Assembly (NCBI GenBank): GCA_902626605.1
Contig: CACOFZ010000002.1
Location: 21,932-85,931, forward strand
Reading direction: 5' to 3'
Length of the DNA stretch: 64,000 nucleotides
DNA from: an uncultured PS1 clade bacterium
Lineage (GTDB): Bacteria; Pseudomonadota; Alphaproteobacteria; MED-G09
The notes beneath the pieces were generated by a model. That model was not told the DNA's origin, did not search any database, and saw only the letters and a list, made by a program, of their open reading frames with translations. Shown here in pieces: positions 57,612 to 64,000 of this stretch (the first letter of the stretch is position 1; every line of letters starts with the position of its first letter). Position numbers and translations under genes: made by a program.

Positions 57612-59001
57612 TCAAAACCTCATATTTAAATTCATTAGCATAATCATTGCACCATAAGGAAATTGATCCAGCACCCATAAATACAACAATATCTTTTGGT
57701 TTTACTATTTGACTTATTTTATTTTTAGCTTTTAAAAAATCATTGAAATAATATGCTTCTGTATATTTTTTTTTGTTTATGTCATTTGTTAAATTTTGAG
57801 AACTTATGCCTTTTATCTTTCTTTCACCTGCATCAAATATTGGCAAAATTATAGAAATGTCAGCATCTTTTAATGATTTAATAAAATTATTATAATTTTG
57901 ATCTAATCTTGAATATCTATGGGGTTGAATTACAGCTATTAATCTTCCATTTTTTTTCTTTAATGCGCTTAGAGTGTCTTTTATTTCGGTAGGATGATGA
58001 GCGTAATCATCATAAAAAATGATACCATTCTCATCAAATATTTTTGTAAGCCTTCTCTTAACCCCTTGGAAAGTCTCCAATGATTCTTTAATGATATTTT
58101 TATTTATATTGAAATTAATACAAACTGAAATTGCTGCAAGTGCATTTTCAATATTATGATTACCTAGAAGGGGAAAATTTATATTTCTAATTAATGAATT
58201 TTTTTTGTTTAAATTTTTGATTTCAACATCAAAAATAATTCCGTCTTTATTTTTTTTTATAATCTTAGCTTGAATATCCGAATTACTATTAAATCCATAT
58301 TTATAAATATTTAAAGATTTAAAATTTTTTAATATTAACTGAATATTCTTATCTTTTTCTGAAACAGCCAAAAAGCCAAATGGAGAAATATTTTTTATAT
58401 AAGAATGAAAGGACTCAATAAGCTTTTTTTTACTTCCATAGAAGTCTATGTGCTCGTTATCAATCGAAGTTATAACCCCACCATAAGAGGGAAGAAAAGA
58501 GAAACTTCCATCTGACTCATCAGTTTCAACCAGCATAAGGTCGCTTTTTCCTAATTTTGTATTTGAGCCATATGAATTTAAAATACCTCCGTTAATAACA
58601 GTAGGATCTAATTTTGCTTTATCTAAAATTTCTGCAATTAAAGAAACTGTTGTTGTCTTTCCATGACTTCCAGCAACAGTGATTGTTCGTTTCATCCTCA
58701 TTAATTCTTTAAGCATTTCAGAACGACTTATCACAGGAATGTTCAGTGATATTGCCTTTTTAATTTCTGAATTATTTTTTGGAATAGCTGAAGAATAGAC
58801 AACCAAAGAGGCGTTTTTTATATTGTTCGGATCATGACCAATAAATATTTTAATACCAAGCCTTCTCAACCTTAAAACATTTGAATTGTTATTCTGATCT
58901 GATCCTGCAACTTTATAACCAATATTTTTCATTATCTCGGCAATACCGCTCATCCCGATACCACCAATACCGATAAAATAAATATTTTTAATTATTTTCA
59001 A
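57604..59001 (-). CDS. murC: UDP-N-acetylmuramate--L-alanine ligase
   Basis: GIGGIGMSG, AGSHGKTTT, ETDESDGSF, DDYAHHPTEI; TTG start at 59001 after AAGGA preferred. Confidence 0.95.
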   Translation of the reverse strand: MKIIKNIYFIGIGGIGMSGIAEIMKNIGYKVAGSDQNNNSNVLRLRRLGIKIFIGHDPNNIKNASLVVYSSAIPKNNSEIKKAISLNIPVISRSEMLKELMRMKRTITVAGSHGKTTTVSLIAEILDKAKLDPTVINGGILNSYGSNTKLGKSDLMLVETDESDGSFSFLPSYGGVITSIDNEHIDFYGSKKKLIESFHSYIKNISPFGFLAVSEKDKNIQLILKNFKSLNIYKYGFNSNSDIQAKIIKKNKDGIIFDVEIKNLNKKNSLIRNINFPLLGNHNIENALAAISVCINFNINKNIIKESLETFQGVKRRLTKIFDENGIIFYDDYAHHPTEIKDTLSALKKKNGRLIAVIQPHRYSRLDQNYNNFIKSLKDADISIILPIFDAGERKIKGISSQNLTNDINKKKYTEAYYFNDFLKAKNKISQIVKPKDIVVFMGAGSISLWCNDYANEFKYEVLNV

Positions 59002-59002
59002 A

Positions 59003-60112
59003 TCAAAGTTCCTTGATTGATAATAAATCATCAATTATTGACCTAATGTTTTTTGAAGAATTATTTATTACCATTTCTTTATTTGCTTTTGCCATTTTTT
59101 CTAATATTTCAGGTTTCTCTATTAACTCATCTATAACCTTGTATAATTGATTTGAGTCAAGATTTTTTTCTTTTTTAACAATAACTTGTCCAATTTTTTC
59201 TAATTCAATAGTATTTAATCTTTGATCATCATCTATGGAGTGATGAAATGGAATAAATATTGCTGGAATTTTTGTTGCTGTTACCTCGGCAACAGTTGAA
59301 GCTCCCGATCTTGAGATTAAAAGATGAGAATTATTTAATAACTCAGGTAAATTATAAAAAAAAGTTTTAACCTCAGATTTAACATTCATACAGTCATAGT
59401 ATTTTTTTACTTTCTTAAATTCATTATTTCTAACTTGATGAAAAATTCTTAATAAAGATTTCTTTTTGCTATCCAGCTTATTTATGCTATCAGGAACAAT
59501 ATCCGAAAAAAATGATGCGCCTTGACTTCCACCAAAAATTAATAAGTTTAAAAATCCATCTTGATTATGAGTCTTATAATCTTTTTTATATTTATAGATT
59601 TCTGGTCTTATAGGATTACCAGTATAAAATATTTTATCGTTATATTTTTTTTTGATACCTTTTACTTTTAAATGGCCAACTGTCAATCTATCGCAGATAC
59701 TAAGCATTAATTTGTTAGCCCTTCCAATAATTTTATTTTGCTCATGAATAATTATTTTAATATTTAATAGATTTGCTGCAAAAATAGTTGGTATTGTAGG
59801 ATAACCGCCAAATCCAATTACTAGTTTAGGATTAATTCTTAAGATATAAAAAAAAGAATAAATTAAACCAATTAAAATTTTAAAAAAAGTTACGGGCCAT
59901 TCAATAGGCCTAATATTTGTAAAGGTTCCAGAGGGAATAATTCTTATTTTACTTAAGTCAAAATCTCTTAATAAATTTTCAACCCTTTTATCTGTAAATA
60001 AGAATACCTCATAACCGTTTCTTTTTAATTCCTCAGTGAGACTTAATGCCCCATATAAATGACCTCCTGTACCACCTGCAGTTAAGATAATTTTTTTATT
60101 TGATACATTCAT
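59003..60112 (-). CDS. murG: Undecaprenyl-PP-MurNAc-pentapeptide GlcNAc transferase
   Basis: GGTGGH, GFGGY, HEQN, GNPIR, GGSQGA, RSGAST. Confidence 0.95.
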   Translation of the reverse strand: MNVSNKKIILTAGGTGGHLYGALSLTEELKRNGYEVFLFTDKRVENLLRDFDLSKIRIIPSGTFTNIRPIEWPVTFFKILIGLIYSFFYILRINPKLVIGFGGYPTIPTIFAANLLNIKIIIHEQNKIIGRANKLMLSICDRLTVGHLKVKGIKKKYNDKIFYTGNPIRPEIYKYKKDYKTHNQDGFLNLLIFGGSQGASFFSDIVPDSINKLDSKKKSLLRIFHQVRNNEFKKVKKYYDCMNVKSEVKTFFYNLPELLNNSHLLISRSGASTVAEVTATKIPAIFIPFHHSIDDDQRLNTIELEKIGQVIVKKEKNLDSNQLYKVIDELIEKPEILEKMAKANKEMVINNSSKNIRSIIDDLLSIKEL

Positions 60113-60113
60113 T

Positions 60114-61289
60114 TTAAAAATTTATTCCAGGTTCATTAAAATTTTTTTTCATTTTCTTTAGCCTTGGATCATCTTTTTTTGTTAAGGATAAAAACATACC
60201 CATACAAATCCCTAAAGAGAGTATTGAAGATCCACCATATGAAATAAAAGGAAGTGTCATTCCTTTTGCGGGCGCTAAACTTAAATTAACAGCCATGTGA
60301 AATAATGTTTGAAGACCAAAAATTAAAAGCAATCCTGATGCAGCTAATTGATTGGTATAATCAGATACTAGAGTAATTTTTGAAAAACCTCTTATAATTA
60401 AAAATCCATAAATCAAAATAATAACTATGATTAAAAATAATCCACCCTCTTCAGCAACAGCAGCGAAAATAAAGTCAGTATAAGCATCTGGTAAATTATA
60501 TTTCATCCAGCCTTCTCCTATTCCTTGACCAAATAACCCACCGTTTTCAAACGCATCTATTGCTGCAGAAATTTGAGTTGGCCTATTATCTAAAGATTCA
60601 GGAAAAAACCATCCCGCAAGCCAATTATTAACCCTTAAAGCTACATGTGAGAAATTTAAATATAAAAAAATAAAACCCAGAAAAGATATTGAAATTAATG
60701 CACTGATTATTTTCCAAGATAAACCATTGAAAAATAATAAACCCATGATTGTTAAAATTATAAGAATTGTTTGGCCAACATCAGGCTGAAGCAACAAAAG
60801 TGATATAACAGTTAAAGTAATTATTAGAGGTATTATCTGGAGAGTAATATTACTTTCTAGTCTTGATCTTGCTAAAAACCACGAAACAATAATAATTAAT
60901 GATGGTTTAAGAAATTCTGAAGGTTGAATCGTGAAACCTAGAGCGGATAACCACCTTGAAGCACCTCCGCTACTTACTCCGATAATTAAGGTTAAAAAAA
61001 TACCAATAAAACTAATGATGAAAATTATTAAAGATAATTTTCTTACAAAGTTAGAGGGTAAAATTGAAATTGATATCAAAAAAAATAATGATATGAAAAA
61101 ATATATAAAATGCCTAGTAAGGAAAAAATAAGTATTTGTTTTAATGCTTATTGCTTCAGCCGGACTAATTGCTAAAGAAAAAAATAATCCTATACAACCT
61201 AAAAAAATTATTGCTAATAACATCCATCTATCAACCGTATACCACCAAACACCAAGTATACTCATATTTGTTCTTGATATTCTTAGCAT
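60114..61289 (-). CDS. ftsW: SEDS peptidoglycan glycosyltransferase FtsW
   Basis: GASRW, QPSEFLK, LQPD, TDFIF, LPFISYGGSS. Confidence 0.95.
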   Translation of the reverse strand: MLRISRTNMSILGVWWYTVDRWMLLAIIFLGCIGLFFSLAISPAEAISIKTNTYFFLTRHFIYFFISLFFLISISILPSNFVRKLSLIIFIISFIGIFLTLIIGVSSGGASRWLSALGFTIQPSEFLKPSLIIIVSWFLARSRLESNITLQIIPLIITLTVISLLLLQPDVGQTILIILTIMGLLFFNGLSWKIISALISISFLGFIFLYLNFSHVALRVNNWLAGWFFPESLDNRPTQISAAIDAFENGGLFGQGIGEGWMKYNLPDAYTDFIFAAVAEEGGLFLIIVIILIYGFLIIRGFSKITLVSDYTNQLAASGLLLIFGLQTLFHMAVNLSLAPAKGMTLPFISYGGSSILSLGICMGMFLSLTKKDDPRLKKMKKNFNEPGINF

Positions 61290-62570
61290 TTATTCACTCT
61301 TACTCGTTAAAGAAGAAATTATCTGGACAAAAAAAGATCCTCTATCTTCATAATTTTTAAATTGGTCGTGAGAACTACAACCAGGAGATAAAAGGATTGA
61401 ACCTTTTTTATTTTTTCTTGCTGCTTTATATGCTGCTTTTGTTGCATCTGATAAATTTTTATAGATAGATGGTTTCTTTTCTTTTGGAGATAATTTTTTT
61501 ATTTCATTAGCTGATGAACCTATCAAGAAAACTCCCTTAATTTCTCTCGAAGATAAATTTAAGTTTGAAAGATCATTACTTTTTGAATAACCGCCTCCTA
61601 TCCAAAAGATATCTTTAAAAGTGTCAATTGCTAAATTAACTGCTGAGACATTTGTAGCCTTAGAGTCATTAATAAACTTTATAGAGCCATCATCATAGAC
61701 CAACTCCATTCTATGTTTTAAACCTCTAAACTCATTTATTCTTTTTCTTATAACCCCTTTTTCAATATCAAAAATTTCTAAAACTTTTTCTATTGCTTGA
61801 AAATTATATGATAAATTCATACCAAGAGGTAAATCACTTTTTGTAAAAAGAATTTTTTTGGAATTCAAATTTTTATCTGCAATATACTTTGAATACTTAT
61901 CGTCAACGGAAATAATCGAATAATCATTTTTGTCCTGATTTTTAAAAATATTTGACTTTATATCCCTGTATTCAGTCATATTTGAGTGTCTATCCAGATG
62001 ATCCTCAGAAATATTCAATAAGACAGCTATTTCAGGTTTCAATTTTGTATCAATCTCAAGCTGAAAAGAAGAAATTTCAATAATATAAATGGTATTTTTA
62101 TTTCCTTTTTTTAATTTTAAAATAGGTTTTCCAATATTACCAGCCAATCTAACATCAAAACCCTCTTTCTTTAAAATCTCGTAAATAATTGAAGCAGTTG
62201 AAGTTTTACCATTTGTTCCGGTAATTGCTATCATCGTTCCTTTATGAAAATCTTTTCCTCTTGCCATTTCAAAAAGTGTTATATCATTATAAATTTTTGT
62301 ATTTTTTTTTATTAAATTTTTTAATTTTTTCTTCTTTTTTAGATCAATTCCTGGTGAAGGAAAGAATGAATATAGATTAGACCATGGCCATTCTTCAATT
62401 TCTTTCAATATCAATTTCTTTTTTGTAAATTTTTTTCTTATACTAGGATTATCGTCCCATGCATAAACATTAGCTCCATTATAATTTAATGTTTCTGCTA
62501 TAGAAGAACCTGTAATACCAAGTCCATATATTCCAATATTCTTAGATTTAAATTGATCAAAATTTAACAT
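61290..62570 (-). CDS. murD: UDP-MurNAc-L-Ala--D-Glu ligase
   Basis: ITGTNGKT, EISSFQL, DHLDRH, NDSKATN, SPGCSSHDQF. Confidence 0.95.
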   Translation of the reverse strand: MLNFDQFKSKNIGIYGLGITGSSIAETLNYNGANVYAWDDNPSIRKKFTKKKLILKEIEEWPWSNLYSFFPSPGIDLKKKKKLKNLIKKNTKIYNDITLFEMARGKDFHKGTMIAITGTNGKTSTASIIYEILKKEGFDVRLAGNIGKPILKLKKGNKNTIYIIEISSFQLEIDTKLKPEIAVLLNISEDHLDRHSNMTEYRDIKSNIFKNQDKNDYSIISVDDKYSKYIADKNLNSKKILFTKSDLPLGMNLSYNFQAIEKVLEIFDIEKGVIRKRINEFRGLKHRMELVYDDGSIKFINDSKATNVSAVNLAIDTFKDIFWIGGGYSKSNDLSNLNLSSREIKGVFLIGSSANEIKKLSPKEKKPSIYKNLSDATKAAYKAARKNKKGSILLSPGCSSHDQFKNYEDRGSFFVQIISSLTSKSE

Positions 62571-62571
62571 T

Positions 62572-63660
62572 CTACCTCAACTTTAAAGTCGCAAGACCGA
62601 TAATTGCTAAAATAAGTGAAATAATCCAAAATCTTATTACTATCGTAGACTCTGACCAGCCTTTCTGTTCAAAATGATGATGAAGCGGAGCCATCATAAA
62701 TACTCTTTTACCAATTAACTTATATGAGAGTACTTGAATAATTACTGATGATGCTTCGAGTACAAATAAACCACCAATAATAAATAGAACAATCTCATGT
62801 TTTACACTGATGGCAATAGATGCAATCAAGCCACCAAGGGATAATGAACCAGTATCACCCATAAAAATCATTGCTGGAGGGGCATTAAACCATAAAAAAC
62901 CAAGGCCTGCTCCAAATAATGCAGAGCAAATAACCACTATCTCTCCTACATTTGGAATAAATTGAATGTATAGATAATTTGAAAAAACATAATTACCGAC
63001 TAGATATGAAATTAAACCCATTGATGAAGCTGTTATCATTACTGGTATAATGGCTAAACCATCTAAACCATCTGTTAAATTTACAGCATTAGTAGTGCCA
63101 ACTAAAACACAAAGAGAAAAAAGAATAAAAAACCAACTCGAAACAATCAATGGTGATTTAAAAAAAGGTATATAAATTGTAAAGTTATTACCTTCTGGAA
63201 AACTTTTCAAAATTAAAAAAACTATTGATAAAGAAAGTAATACTTGTATTAAAAATTTAATTTTCCAATTGACTCCATCAGATGATGATTTTTTTATTTT
63301 TATATAATCATCCGCAAAACCTAAAACTCCAAAACCTAAAGTTGAATAAAGAATAATCCAAATAAATTTATTACTTAAGTCAGACCAGATTAAAGAGCTA
63401 GAGATCAAAGCAAAAATTATTAAAACTCCGCCCATAGTCGGTGTTCCAACTTTTGTAAGCAAATGTGATGGCGGCCCATCTTTTCTAATTGGTTGTCCTT
63501 GTTTTTGTTTTTGTTCCATAAATACAATAAATTTTGATCCAAAAAATAGGCATATAAATAAAGAGGTTAATACTGCAAATGCAGATCTAACAGTGATATA
63601 ATTAAAAATATTTAAACTGTTGTAGTCAGAAAAGAAATTTTCAAAAAGATATAAAATCAT
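62572..63660 (-). CDS. mraY: Phospho-MurNAc-pentapeptide transferase
   Basis: TPTMGG, DDY.K, NAVNLTDGLDG, FMGDTGS, APLHHHFE. Confidence 0.97.
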   Translation of the reverse strand: MILYLFENFFSDYNSLNIFNYITVRSAFAVLTSLFICLFFGSKFIVFMEQKQKQGQPIRKDGPPSHLLTKVGTPTMGGVLIIFALISSSLIWSDLSNKFIWIILYSTLGFGVLGFADDYIKIKKSSSDGVNWKIKFLIQVLLSLSIVFLILKSFPEGNNFTIYIPFFKSPLIVSSWFFILFSLCVLVGTTNAVNLTDGLDGLAIIPVMITASSMGLISYLVGNYVFSNYLYIQFIPNVGEIVVICSALFGAGLGFLWFNAPPAMIFMGDTGSLSLGGLIASIAISVKHEIVLFIIGGLFVLEASSVIIQVLSYKLIGKRVFMMAPLHHHFEQKGWSESTIVIRFWIISLILAIIGLATLKLR

Positions 63661-64000
63661 TATGCTATATTCCTTAATAACTTTTCTTCATTTAAATAAT
63701 TTAGGATAGTTTTAATTTTGCTTTTGGAAGAACCTTTTATTAATAAAATATCTTCATTATTAATTTTTTTATTCAATTGCTTAATTAGTTCCTCAGGTTT
63801 TTGAGTGAAGGCACCCTTTTTATCATTTGATAAATTATCCCAGAGGTATTTCATTCTTTTTCCAGAGCAAAAGACAAGATTAATATCTGTTTTATTAATA
63901 AATTTGGCAATTTTTATGTGAAGTTCCTCTGAAAATTTACCAAGCTCCAACATATCTCCAAGAATTAATATTTTTCTCTTATTCTTATAAAAATCTATAT
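63660..64000 (-). CDS. murF: UDP-MurNAc-tripeptide--D-Ala-D-Ala ligase (3' part)
   Basis: ILGDMLELG...H and LLIKGS C-terminal motifs; upstream of mraY; truncated by window edge. Confidence 0.88.
   Translation of the reverse strand, partial: IDFYKNKRKILILGDMLELGKFSEELHIKIAKFINKTDINLVFCSGKRMKYLWDNLSNDKKGAFTQKPEELIKQLNKKINNEDILLIKGSSKSKIKTILNYLNEEKLLRNIA

Overview
AT-rich (roughly 30% GC by eye), gene-dense chromosomal segment of a streamlined alphaproteobacterium, probably marine (two-piece permuted tmRNA, alphaproteobacterial dcw and thyA-folA-hflKC-degP-miaA-ilv gene order). The right part (28.6-64 kb) is core: leuA, ilvIHC, miaA, degP, hflKC, mrp, folA, thyA, ssrA, fumC, uvrD, pepP, ligA, bamD, lpxC and the dcw cluster. 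The left part holds partial dksA, a MoxR/vWA pair, ferredoxin and reductase, an uncharacterised glycosyltransferase-methyltransferase-(alpha/alpha)-barrel-methyltransferase cluster and phnC-phnE-phnE without phnD. An accessory region follows tRNA-Lys(CTT). It carries lipid/sterol-type enzymes, a TonB receptor, tandem PQQ dehydrogenases with a P450, and a small defence-like module. The most striking element is a non-coding RNA that looks like a SAM-I/IV riboswitch, with terminator, candidate antiterminator and an SD-occluding hairpin. It sits upstream of a 67-aa orphan ORF, not a methionine gene, between a RecB/Cas4-like nuclease and a C5-methyltransferase/endonuclease pair. This suggests a SAM-depletion-sensing module linked to restriction-modification (hypothesis). 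Other elements missing from the ORF track are a Leu-rich leuA leader peptide, a 30-aa membrane peptide and an atypical tmRNA tag. DUF1015 occupies the position where serB is usually found. All family calls come from motif recognition only; no searches were run.
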